From the NCBI GenBank assembly GCA_050015395.1, contig JBEKBM010000020.1, forward strand, positions 1-55,759: 55,759 nucleotides of DNA, given 5' to 3'. The stretch's first letter is position 1. Each line of letters opens with the position of its first letter. This stretch comes from Candidatus Bathyarchaeia archaeon (GTDB lineage Archaea > Thermoproteota > Bathyarchaeia > Bathyarchaeales > Bathycorpusculaceae). Below the pieces are notes generated by a model, which ran no database searches, was not told the origin of the DNA, and worked only from the letters and a program-made list of their open reading frames with translations. Shown piece after piece: positions 39,830 to 48,076 of the stretch. A program made the translations under genes and the position numbers.

Positions 39830-40765
39830 ATGAGTCTTCAAGAAACCCCCAATCTTTTCAATGATCTCTATACAAAACACGTTCGTGTTTGGGCAAGGGA
39901 AAAGGGTTTCTACGGAAAAAACGCAAAAGTTGCTGTAATCGATACGGGCGTCATAAGACAAACAGAGTTTCTATGCAGATGCGTGGCAAAGATTCCGGGC
40001 ACGGGTCTTTGGAGGAAGAACACCACTAACGAGATAGACATGTCGGTCGGAACTCATGGCACAGAAGTTGCAGTTCTCATACATCTGATTGCTCCTGAAG
40101 CGATAATTTACGATGTTAAAGCCGTTGCAATAGCTGGGACGACGGATGACCAATCCATTATTGACGCTCTCAAATTTTGCGTTGATACGATCAAACCCGA
40201 CATAATAAACATGAGTCTAGGAACACACCAAGTAGCATCCTGCGACGCTAATTGCGCGTTAGATCAAATGGTCAACTATGTGGCAGACCAAGGGATAATA
40301 GTTGTTGCAAGTGCAGGGAACAGAGGTAATCAGGGACCTATAGCTTGCCCGGCATCTGCTCAAGGCGCGATTGCGGTAGGAGGAGCCTCTTATAAGAAAA
40401 AACGAGCGGAACCGAAAGTGTCGGATATAAGCAGTTGGTCATGGTCCCCTGGAAAGCCAGATCTACTGGCTCCAGCCGATATTCCTGTGAGGGTAAGGTA
40501 CTATCATAAACTTACAGCTTGGATGGAAATTACTATAGATGAAGCCCATTTGGGAACATCTTATGCTGCACCTTTTGTGACGGGGGCTTTGGCGCTTCTT
40601 CTTCAACTCAAAAAACAGAGTAAGGACCCAACAAAATTCTACAGTGACCTAAGAGCAGCGATTATCGGCTCGGCCAAGCCGATAAAGGGCTACACCAAAC
40701 AAGCCCAAGGAAACGGGTTAATAGACATACCAAGCGCAGCCAGAGCTCTGGGGGTGAAGATATGA
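39830..40765 (+). CDS. S8 subtilisin-like serine protease lacking signal peptide and propeptide
   Basis: Catalytic D (VAVIDTG), H (THGTEVA), oxyanion N (ASAGN) and S (GTSYAAP); INMSLG and KPDLLAP. Confidence 0.92.
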   Translation: MSLQETPNLFNDLYTKHVRVWAREKGFYGKNAKVAVIDTGVIRQTEFLCRCVAKIPGTGLWRKNTTNEIDMSVGTHGTEVAVLIHLIAPEAIIYDVKAVAIAGTTDDQSIIDALKFCVDTIKPDIINMSLGTHQVASCDANCALDQMVNYVADQGIIVVASAGNRGNQGPIACPASAQGAIAVGGASYKKKRAEPKVSDISSWSWSPGKPDLLAPADIPVRVRYYHKLTAWMEITIDEAHLGTSYAAPFVTGALALLLQLKKQSKDPTKFYSDLRAAIIGSAKPIKGYTKQAQGNGLIDIPSAARALGVKI

Positions 40766-42150
40766 TAAATGACTTAATGCTCTCTGAGGCAGCTGTTTCT
40801 ATCTTGAAGAAAAACTTCAAAGCTGAAATCGGCGAAGATATGTTGATTGTATGTGATGAACCCCGAATCAGAATTGCCGATGCGTTGGCTGTCGCCGCGA
40901 GTCGGATTGGAGTAAAGGCTTACATAATGCTTTTGTCCGACAATTTTCGCAAAACCAGCGATGTCACCAAACCGAAACTTGGAACCAGTATCAGAGAGGC
41001 AATTGAATCTGTGGACATCATAATCCTGTGCTTGGCCAACATCCCGAATGAACTGAACTTTCGGAGGTTCTTCATTAGGGCCATAAGAAAGTCGCCTGTC
41101 CGCGTAGCTGTCATGCTAGGGATAGATGAGAATTCGTTTTTGGAGATTTGCGATAGCCCCAAACCTGAATATGTAGAGAGAATAGGCAATGATGTGGCCA
41201 TATTACTAGCAAATGGAAGAAAGACAAGGGTAATTTCTCCGAGTGGTACAGATGTGACGTTTTCACTTTACGGATGGAAAATTCCTCCTGAGATAAGTTC
41301 AGGCTACGTGGATCAACCATCAATATGGGGAAATCTGCCTGGGGCGGAAGTATTTGTAGTCCCCATGACTAAGACTGCAGAAGGCAAAATCTGTATTGAT
41401 TTGACGATAGCTCCAGACCATTTGCTTTCTGCGCCACTATCTTTCGACGTTAGAAAAGGCGTTGTCGATCCTGCGAGCGTTAAATCTCAAGATGAAGAAG
41501 CGATAAAACTAATAACGCAAACGCTTAATAAAAAGAATGGCTCCTTTCTCAGCGAATTTGGTATAGGACTGAATACCAAGATACTAAAAGCGAAGGGTAT
41601 AATATTAGTCGACGAAAAGATGTATTCTACTGCCCATTTTTCGCTTGGTGACAACAGAGAATTTGGCGGAAAAACCAGATCGAATGTTCACTATGACATG
41701 GTTTTTACCAAGCCTACTATTCTAATAGATGATGTCCCGATAATGAAAGAAGGCGTTTTCGTCTATACTTCAAAACAAATGAAGAATGACTACAAAGATT
41801 TTGAGGGCTTAATTGATAGCAACGTCTTGTTAAAGGGAAGCCCTTGGGCCAACTGCGTTCGGTTTAATGGTCAACTTGCAAAGATTTGGAGGGGTGGGGC
41901 AAATCGCGTGCATGCTTATCGACTTGGTAATCACAAAACCAGTATGTTAGCGGAGAAAATCTGGTCGGCAATCAAATATAGCGGCAGTACACCTACTGAA
42001 TTGTCAGAATATTTGAAAATTGATCTGGAAACTGTAAAGAAAGTTGTTGAACTTCTTGTATACAATCAGGTGATTAGCTTATTTTCAAAAGATGATTCTG
42101 AATCAGTAGAGAAGTTAGGACAAAAGGCGAAGCAAGTTGAACTTCTTTAG
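40762..42150 (+). CDS. M29-like (aminopeptidase T) metallopeptidase with C-terminal winged-helix-like extension
   Basis: SPSGTD, GNLPGAEVF, SEFGIGLN, DEKMYSTAHFSLG and NVHYD. C-terminal TPTELSEYLKIDLETVKKVVELL. ATGA overlap with the S8 stop. Confidence 0.82.
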   Translation: MINDLMLSEAAVSILKKNFKAEIGEDMLIVCDEPRIRIADALAVAASRIGVKAYIMLLSDNFRKTSDVTKPKLGTSIREAIESVDIIILCLANIPNELNFRRFFIRAIRKSPVRVAVMLGIDENSFLEICDSPKPEYVERIGNDVAILLANGRKTRVISPSGTDVTFSLYGWKIPPEISSGYVDQPSIWGNLPGAEVFVVPMTKTAEGKICIDLTIAPDHLLSAPLSFDVRKGVVDPASVKSQDEEAIKLITQTLNKKNGSFLSEFGIGLNTKILKAKGIILVDEKMYSTAHFSLGDNREFGGKTRSNVHYDMVFTKPTILIDDVPIMKEGVFVYTSKQMKNDYKDFEGLIDSNVLLKGSPWANCVRFNGQLAKIWRGGANRVHAYRLGNHKTSMLAEKIWSAIKYSGSTPTELSEYLKIDLETVKKVVELLVYNQVISLFSKDDSESVEKLGQKAKQVELL

Positions 42151-42158
42151 TCTGGTGG

Positions 42159-42503
42159 ATGATTAAAATGGTCACATTCAAACTTGCCGTAGAAACATCT
42201 GAAAAGAACGCGCCTAATTTGCTTCTCACGGAAAGCGTCGCGAAAAAAGGAAAAGCGGAATTTAGGGGTTTCAGCGTTAAGTATCTAAACAGCGTACAAG
42301 AACTAGCTGCTGGCATAGAAACTATTTACGTTGTTGTTGAAATTACTAAGGATACGGCAGTTTCCCTCTTCTCTATGTGGCTATATGACAAGCTCAAGGA
42401 AAAAAAGGTGCACAAATTGACAATAGACGAAGAAGAAGTAGAGTTAGATAAGGGGCAAATCGAGAAGATTATCAAGAGGCATATTGAAGAAAACAGAGAA
42501 TAG
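42159..42503 (+). CDS. Small hypothetical protein with central hydrophobic/amphipathic segment
   Basis: 114 aa with IETIYVVVEITKDTAVSLFSMWLYDKLK; 8 bp after the peptidase stop. Confidence 0.65.
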   Translation: MIKMVTFKLAVETSEKNAPNLLLTESVAKKGKAEFRGFSVKYLNSVQELAAGIETIYVVVEITKDTAVSLFSMWLYDKLKEKKVHKLTIDEEEVELDKGQIEKIIKRHIEENRE

Positions 42504-42926
42504 GTTTGTCAAAACGAGCACTTTTATTGAAAAAGCGCAATAGCTTTTAAGGCCGAAAATATGGCAGGCTACGGAAGGGTCTAAGTCCGGAAACGAAAAT
42601 TTTTAATCTTTAGTCACTTCTAATAGAAACTGTTGTCTTGTTTTGTGGTGTCTATAGGGCTAACTTTCCTTGATATGTTGTCTTTTTCTCCAAGGTGTTG
42701 GAGAGGCGGCATACAGGCGATTAAGTTGAGTGAACCTCGGCAGGAAACCGAGCAGAAACCGACATCAAACCCTGAACCAGCGGAGCGCAGAAACAGCCTC
42801 TTTGCTTGTTTAGGGCATCTTTCAAATGGATTAAAGCATGCAATTCCTCAACTAATGCACCTTCAGGGCTAACTTTTGATCTATCTCAATGGGATTCTCC
42901 CTCTTACCAGCTATGCTTAGGTTTAC

Positions 42927-43022
42927 AGTCGTAAAGAGTCGGGAGCAGTCACAGGAAGTCGCAGAGAGTCACAAATAGTCGTGTGGAGTCGCAGGAAGTC
43001 GCGTACAGTCGCTAAAAGTCGC
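42927..43022. repeat. Ten AGTC(R) motifs at an exact 10-bp period with variable interspaces
   Basis: AGTC at 42927, 42937 and so on to 43017. It is always followed by G or A, and by RC in 7 of 10 copies. Confidence 0.92.
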
Positions 43023-43142
43023 AATCCGCAAACACAACAAGCCCTGATTTAAAAAAGCAACCCAAAACAACTAGAACAAAAAACAATCTCATTTTCAATC
43101 CACACACTAACTCCGGAATAACAGCATGTTCCCAAAAAAAAG

Positions 43143-43174
43143 GCATCCAGCTAAATTTCTTCATAAATCCTTAA
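43143..43174 (+). promoter_or_regulatory. Direct repeat copy C, probable rps6e promoter region
   Basis: GCATCCAGC-N7-CTTCATAAATCCTTAA about 50 bp upstream of the rps6e ATG; BRE/TATA-like. Confidence 0.65.
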
Positions 43175-43222
43175 TAGAGAGACCATCCAACTTCATACTC
43201 CGCTGGAGAGTTAATCAGCAAA

Positions 43223-43627
43223 ATGGCAAAATTTAAGGTAATAGTATCTGATCCGGAAGCAGGAACTTCAAAAGTTGTTGAGCTTGAAGAAGCACGGGCA
43301 GCACCGTTCATCGGCAGAAGAATTGGAGAAACAATAGACGGCACAGTAGTAGATTTACCAGCGCATAAAGTGCAAATAAGGGGCGGCTCGGACAAAGACG
43401 GCGTCCCAATGAGAGGAAACGTTCATGGTGGTGTCCGCCGAAACGTGGTGCTTAGCGGTGGAGCAGGCTTTAGCCCAAAGAAAAAGGGAGAAAGAAAACG
43501 TAAAACAGTTCGGGGAAATACAATAACAGATGAAATTGTTCAGATTAACATGAAAATTGTTGAAAAGCCAGCTGCAAAACCAGCCGCAAAAGCTATTGAA
43601 GCTAAAGCTCAACCAGTTGCAAAATGA
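43223..43627 (+). CDS. rps6e: 30S ribosomal protein S6e (eS6)
   Basis: FKVIVSDP, IRGGSDKDGVPM and GERKRKTVRGN..TDEIVQINMK. Confidence 0.96.
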   Translation: MAKFKVIVSDPEAGTSKVVELEEARAAPFIGRRIGETIDGTVVDLPAHKVQIRGGSDKDGVPMRGNVHGGVRRNVVLSGGAGFSPKKKGERKRKTVRGNTITDEIVQINMKIVEKPAAKPAAKAIEAKAQPVAK

Positions 43628-43717
43628 GTACAAGTTTGACTGAGCTCATGCTTAAACCTTATAAACTCCCAATAGTTCTTTCATAATTTATATTCTTTAT
43701 TTAAAGAAGAGAATAAG

Positions 43718-44968
43718 ATGAGTGACACGAGTAAAGCCTTGCCTAAGCAGCCAGAAGTCAACATCGGCACCATAGGTCATGTAGACCATGGGAAAACAAC
43801 GTTGGTGCAAGCGTTAACTGGCGTTTGGGCGTCAAGGCACAGTGAAGAACTAAAAAGAGGCATCACCATAAAACTGGGCTATGCGGACATGCCCATTTAC
43901 AAGTGCCCAAAATGTGAGCCGCCCAAAAACTACACAATTAAGCCCTATTGTGAAAACTGTAATTCTGAAGCAGAATTTGTTCGAGCTATAAGTTTTGTTG
44001 ACGCACCTGGGCACGAAGCGTTAATGGCTACTATGCTTTCTGGCGCAGCCATAATGGATGGCGCGATTTTGGTTATTGCAGCTGATGAGCCATGTCCTCA
44101 ACCGCAGACACGAGAGCACCTTGCAGCCGCTGAAGTAAGCGGCATAAAGAATCTAATTATTGTTCAGAACAAGATTGACATTGTAGATGAGAAAAGAGCG
44201 CTAGAAAACTATAAAGAAATCAAAAACTTCGTTAAAGGCACATTAGCGGAGAAGGCGCCGATTATTCCAATCTCAGCCCAGCGCGGAATAAACATTGACG
44301 TACTCCTTAATGCTATTGAAACAGTTATTCCTACGCCCAAACGGGATGAAACTAAGCCGCCGCTCATGTACATCGTTCGCTCTTTTGACGTTAACAAGCC
44401 AGGAACCACTATCGATGAGCTAGAAGGCGGCATCGTCGGCGGAACAATAGCTCAAGGGAAATTTGCTGTTGGAGAAGAAATAGAAATTCGCCCAGGCATC
44501 AGCGTTGAAAAAGAAGGCAAAACCGTTTACGACCCATTAATCAGCGAAATAGTTAGTTTGCACGCTGGCGAACGAAACGTGAAAGAAGCCACATGCGGAG
44601 GCCTAGTTGGAGTAGGAACATTACTTGACCCATCCTATTCAAAGGCAGACGGCTTAACAGGCAGCATTGCTGGAAAAGCAGGAATGCTTCCGCCAACATT
44701 GACAGAGCTTACTTTGGAAACACACGTTTTGGAACGCGCAGTGGGAACAAAAGAACTATTGAAGGTTGAAAAATTTAATCCCGATGAAGCGTTGCTGCTT
44801 CATATAGGTGCAGCTGTAAACGTTGGAAAAATCGTTTCAATAAAGCAAAACGTGATTAAAGTAAAGTTGACTAGGCCTGTTTGTGCATTGCCAGATTCCA
44901 GAGTTGCCATCAGCAGGAAAATTACTGCCCGCTGGAGACTCATTGGATACGGACTTATCGTAAAGTAA
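43718..44968 (+). CDS. eif2g: Translation initiation factor 2 gamma subunit (aIF2-gamma)
   Basis: QPEVNIGTIGHVDHGKTT, RGITIKLGYA, DAPGHE, QNKID and RWRLIGYG. Confidence 0.97.
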   Translation: MSDTSKALPKQPEVNIGTIGHVDHGKTTLVQALTGVWASRHSEELKRGITIKLGYADMPIYKCPKCEPPKNYTIKPYCENCNSEAEFVRAISFVDAPGHEALMATMLSGAAIMDGAILVIAADEPCPQPQTREHLAAAEVSGIKNLIIVQNKIDIVDEKRALENYKEIKNFVKGTLAEKAPIIPISAQRGINIDVLLNAIETVIPTPKRDETKPPLMYIVRSFDVNKPGTTIDELEGGIVGGTIAQGKFAVGEEIEIRPGISVEKEGKTVYDPLISEIVSLHAGERNVKEATCGGLVGVGTLLDPSYSKADGLTGSIAGKAGMLPPTLTELTLETHVLERAVGTKELLKVEKFNPDEALLLHIGAAVNVGKIVSIKQNVIKVKLTRPVCALPDSRVAISRKITARWRLIGYGLIVK

Positions 44969-44978
44969 GCAACTAAGC

Positions 44979-45416
44979 TTATTCCGTCGGTTTTATTATG
45001 CCGTTTTTCTTTAGGAAATCGCGCGCTTTTTGCAATACGTCCTTAGCATTTTTAAAAGTTAGTTTTTCCATGGCATGCTGGTAATCTAGCCAAGCATAGT
45101 CTATGTGCTCGAAAGATAACTCCACTTTATCGGTGTATGCTTCCATTATGAAGAATACAACTTCTTTATGGATTGTTAAGCCTTGTCTCCTGTAAAAGTA
45201 AGCGATTACTTCTCTGAAACCATCTAGGAATTGGGCCTCAGTTATGCTTGTTTCCTCTTTTAGTTCACGGATAACGGTTTCTTTTTCGCTCTCATTAGGT
45301 TCAACATTGCCCTTAACAAAATCCCAATGCCCCGCTGCATAATTAAGAAGAAGATATTTCGTCGCATCAGTGTTTTTTATGAATACTACAGCGCCACACG
45401 ATTTCTCGCGGAGCAT
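44979..45416 (-). CDS. NUDIX hydrolase (Ap4A hydrolase-like)
   Basis: EKSCGAVVF, HWDFVKGNVE..E...TVIRELKEET and LSFEH. Confidence 0.9.
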   Translation of the reverse strand: MLREKSCGAVVFIKNTDATKYLLLNYAAGHWDFVKGNVEPNESEKETVIRELKEETSITEAQFLDGFREVIAYFYRRQGLTIHKEVVFFIMEAYTDKVELSFEHIDYAWLDYQHAMEKLTFKNAKDVLQKARDFLKKNGIIKPTE

Positions 45417-45573
45417 ACATACACCTGACTGTTGCTCAATTCATTTGCTCAAGGTATTTAAACTGATAGTAATTTTAAGACTATGCTGCACCTATCAACT
45501 GAAATAAAAGTTATGAACGAAATGTTTTAAGCATACAAAAAATAACTTTTTTAGGAACCAGGAGCCATGCCAA

Positions 45574-45996
45574 GTGTCAGTTTCACCCAAGAGAAATGAA
45601 GCGTTAAAAGTTATCTTAGATTCAAACGCATTATTTGTTCCACTTAAGTTTAAACTTGATATTTTCGTTGAAGTCGAGCGTCTGTTAAATCGGAATGTTG
45701 ATTTTGTTTTGCTTTCGCCTGTTAAACGTGAACTTGAACTGCTGGCCACTAAGGATTCGCTTAAAATTCGCAGTGAAGCTGTTTACGCGTTGAAGTTTGC
45801 TGAAAAATGCAAGTACGTTGCGGTTGATGAAGATGAAAAGTTGTCGACTGACGATGTTATAGTTAAGGTTGCTAAAGCTTGGAATTCGCCTGTGTTCACC
45901 AACGATAGGCAACTACGGAGGAAGCTAAGAGATATAAGTGTGCCAGTGATTTATGTGAGACAAAAATCGCGTCTAGAGATTGACGGGTTGATATAA
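45574..45996 (+). CDS. PIN-domain protein (Fcf1/Utp24-like)
   Basis: VILDSNAL, V..ELE, TDD.I and FTND..LR; conserved position before rpoE. Confidence 0.88.
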   Translation: MSVSPKRNEALKVILDSNALFVPLKFKLDIFVEVERLLNRNVDFVLLSPVKRELELLATKDSLKIRSEAVYALKFAEKCKYVAVDEDEKLSTDDVIVKVAKAWNSPVFTNDRQLRRKLRDISVPVIYVRQKSRLEIDGLI

Positions 45997-45998
45997 CT

Positions 45999-46574
45999 AT
46001 GTTTAAGCTCATAACACTACAGGACACTATCCGTATTCCGCCCGAAACCTTCGGCAACCCTTTAGAAAAAGTTGGTCGTGAACAGGTTAAGCAAAAGTAT
46101 GAGGGAGTTGTAGATGAGGAATTAGGGTACGTCATCGCAGTTACAACTATAGAAGTAAGCCCTATTGGCAAGATAATTCCCGGCGACGGAGCAACCTATC
46201 ATAAGGTGTCTTTTTCTCTGTTAACGTTCTACCCGATAATTCAAGAAGTTGTAGAAGGAGATGTGGTTGAAATCGCAGATTTCGGCGCTTTCGTACGCAT
46301 CGGACCAGTAGACGCGTTACTTCATGTTTCACAACTTATGGACGACTACATCTCTTATGACGAAAAACAAGGAGTATTGCAGGGAAAAGAAACTAAAAGA
46401 AAACTAACAGCAGGCGACCAAGTGCGTGTTAGAATAACTGCGGTTTCGCTTGGTAGAGCAGGAAGCTCAGGAAAAATCGGTGTCACCGCTAGGCAACCGT
46501 TCTTAGGTAAACTTGAATGGTTAAAGGAGACAGCTGAGGCACCTGCAAAGAAACAAGCGGAAAGCAAAAGCTGA
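45999..46574 (+). CDS. rpo7: DNA-directed RNA polymerase subunit E' (Rpo7)
   Basis: DTIRIPP..FG, IIPGDGA, S1 domain FGAFVRIGPVDALLHVSQ and RQPFLGK. Confidence 0.96.
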   Translation: MFKLITLQDTIRIPPETFGNPLEKVGREQVKQKYEGVVDEELGYVIAVTTIEVSPIGKIIPGDGATYHKVSFSLLTFYPIIQEVVEGDVVEIADFGAFVRIGPVDALLHVSQLMDDYISYDEKQGVLQGKETKRKLTAGDQVRVRITAVSLGRAGSSGKIGVTARQPFLGKLEWLKETAEAPAKKQAESKS

Positions 46575-46594
46575 GTAAATGGGAGTGAATTGTA

Positions 46595-46780
46595 ATGAGT
46601 GAAAAAGCATGTATTAACTGTCATTTTATAACTAAAGAAAACGTATGCCCTAAATGTAGGTCCACAAGTTTTAGCGAAGACTACAGCGGTTTAGTTGTCA
46701 TGTTTGACCCTGATAACTCAGTTATTGCAAAAGCCATGAACATAAAAGAGAAAGGCAGATACGCGTTAAAAGTGCGCTAA
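46595..46780 (+). CDS. spt4: Transcription elongation factor Spt4 (RpoE'')
   Basis: KACINC...CPKC...S..YSG...DP..S.IAK...GRYALKVR. Confidence 0.95.
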   Translation: MSEKACINCHFITKENVCPKCRSTSFSEDYSGLVVMFDPDNSVIAKAMNIKEKGRYALKVR

Positions 46781-46850
46781 GCGGCTTTTTTAGGCGTAGA
46801 ACGGTAACTTCATACGACCCCAAAACTGTTTGTTCACTAAGGTTGAAACG

Positions 46851-47399
46851 ATGACTATAGTCTACACTGTAACACCGGAGCTCCGAACGAAATTCAAAGA
46901 ACCATTCGGCATCTTAATTCAAGGCTCATTTGATAAAACAATGGGTAAAATGAAAGAGTTAGTGGACAAGGAGAAGCCGCCAAGAACAATTTCAGTGGGA
47001 GATGTAGTTTCCCGCAACCTTCATGAGCACAATATTCACCCACAACTAACAATTATTGACACTAAATTTCTCAGAAACCAAAACATGCCCGAAAAAATCT
47101 CAGTAGAAAAAACAGTCCATGTGAATAATCCCAAAGGAACAATCACTGAAGAAGCAATTTTTGCAATCAAGGAAGCCCTAGAAAAAAATGAGCACACGCA
47201 CATCGTCGTTGACGGGGAGGAAGATTTGCTTACACTCATAGCCGTTTTGTACGCTCCAGAAAACGCTATTGTAGTTTATGGGCAGCCGTATTCGGGCATA
47301 GTTGTCGTTAAAGTTACTTCAGAAAAAAAGGCTCAGGCTAAGGAGTTCCTGAAAGCTATGAAACCCTTCGAAAAGCTAAATAAGAAGAAAACTGTATGA
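46851..47399 (+). CDS. GTP-dependent dephospho-CoA kinase (DUF359)
   Basis: LR..FKEPFG, SVGDVVS, NPKGTIT, VDGEEDLL and VVYGQP. Confidence 0.88.
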   Translation: MTIVYTVTPELRTKFKEPFGILIQGSFDKTMGKMKELVDKEKPPRTISVGDVVSRNLHEHNIHPQLTIIDTKFLRNQNMPEKISVEKTVHVNNPKGTITEEAIFAIKEALEKNEHTHIVVDGEEDLLTLIAVLYAPENAIVVYGQPYSGIVVVKVTSEKKAQAKEFLKAMKPFEKLNKKKTV

Positions 47400-47423
47400 A
47401 CTTACGCCTTAAAGTGAATATTA

Positions 47424-47735
47424 ATGCAAATCAAAATAGATTCAACCAAGAATAACCCGCTTCTGAAAAGGAAAGAAGTAGGCTTCACTATTATTCAAGG
47501 TCCAAAAGAAAAAACTCCTCCGAGGCTAGAAGTGAAAAAAGCCCTAGCCACTGAAATGAAAATTGGCGACGAAGTAGTTTTCGTTAAAAGAATGCACACA
47601 AAAACGGGAACGAACATCACACAAGGAGTTGCTAACGTGTACCAAACAGTTGAGCAGGCTAAAGTAGTGGAACCTGAATACATCAGGAAACGTAACAGTC
47701 CACCTGAAAAGCCTAAAGAAGAGGCGACAGCATAA
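47424..47735 (+). CDS. rps24e: 30S ribosomal protein S24e (eS24)
   Basis: NNPLLKRKEV, TPPRLEV and EPEYIRKRN. Confidence 0.94.
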   Translation: MQIKIDSTKNNPLLKRKEVGFTIIQGPKEKTPPRLEVKKALATEMKIGDEVVFVKRMHTKTGTNITQGVANVYQTVEQAKVVEPEYIRKRNSPPEKPKEEATA

Positions 47736-48031
47736 TGTCCAAGAAAGCACCACCAAAGAAAGAAGACAAACCGGCAGCAGCGCCAAAGGAAGAGGCGAAA
47801 CCAGCGGCAACCGCGGAAGCAGTGCCAAAACCGCAAAAAGCTGAGAAAGCAAAACATGAAAAGAGGCACCGAGAAGAAAAAGGAGTTCATGCAATGTATA
47901 AAGTTGAAGATAACAAGGTTAGTAGAGCACGCCCAACCTGCGAGCGATGTGGAGCAGGATACTTTATGGCAGACCACCATGACAGGTACACTTGCGGTCA
48001 CTGCGGTTTTACTCGTTACAAGCAGAAATAA
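47735..48031 (+). CDS. rps27ae: 30S ribosomal protein S27ae (eS31) with Lys/Ala/Glu/Pro-rich N-terminal extension
   Basis: YKVED.KV.R...CERCGAGYFMADH.DRYTCGHCGFT. Confidence 0.93.
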   Translation: MSKKAPPKKEDKPAAAPKEEAKPAATAEAVPKPQKAEKAKHEKRHREEKGVHAMYKVEDNKVSRARPTCERCGAGYFMADHHDRYTCGHCGFTRYKQK

Positions 48032-48076
48032 ACAGTTTTAAATCTCCCTTTTACGATTAGGTTCTGATGACCAGAA

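Noticed and set aside
39822-39832. Selenocysteine or stop read-through joining the 87-aa ORF to the S8 protease
   Set aside because: The two ORFs are in different frames, so read-through alone cannot fuse them.
42633-42872. 79-aa ORF after the protease operon
   Set aside because: TTG start, no SD or motif support; not counted as part of the operon.
42927-43022. Mini-CRISPR or coding repeat
   Set aside because: The constant part is only 4-6 bp, the variable part 4-6 bp, and the 10-bp period does not preserve a reading frame.
47735-47870. Ubiquitin-eS31 fusion
   Set aside because: The extension is low-complexity K/A/E/P, with no beta-grasp pattern or GG motif.
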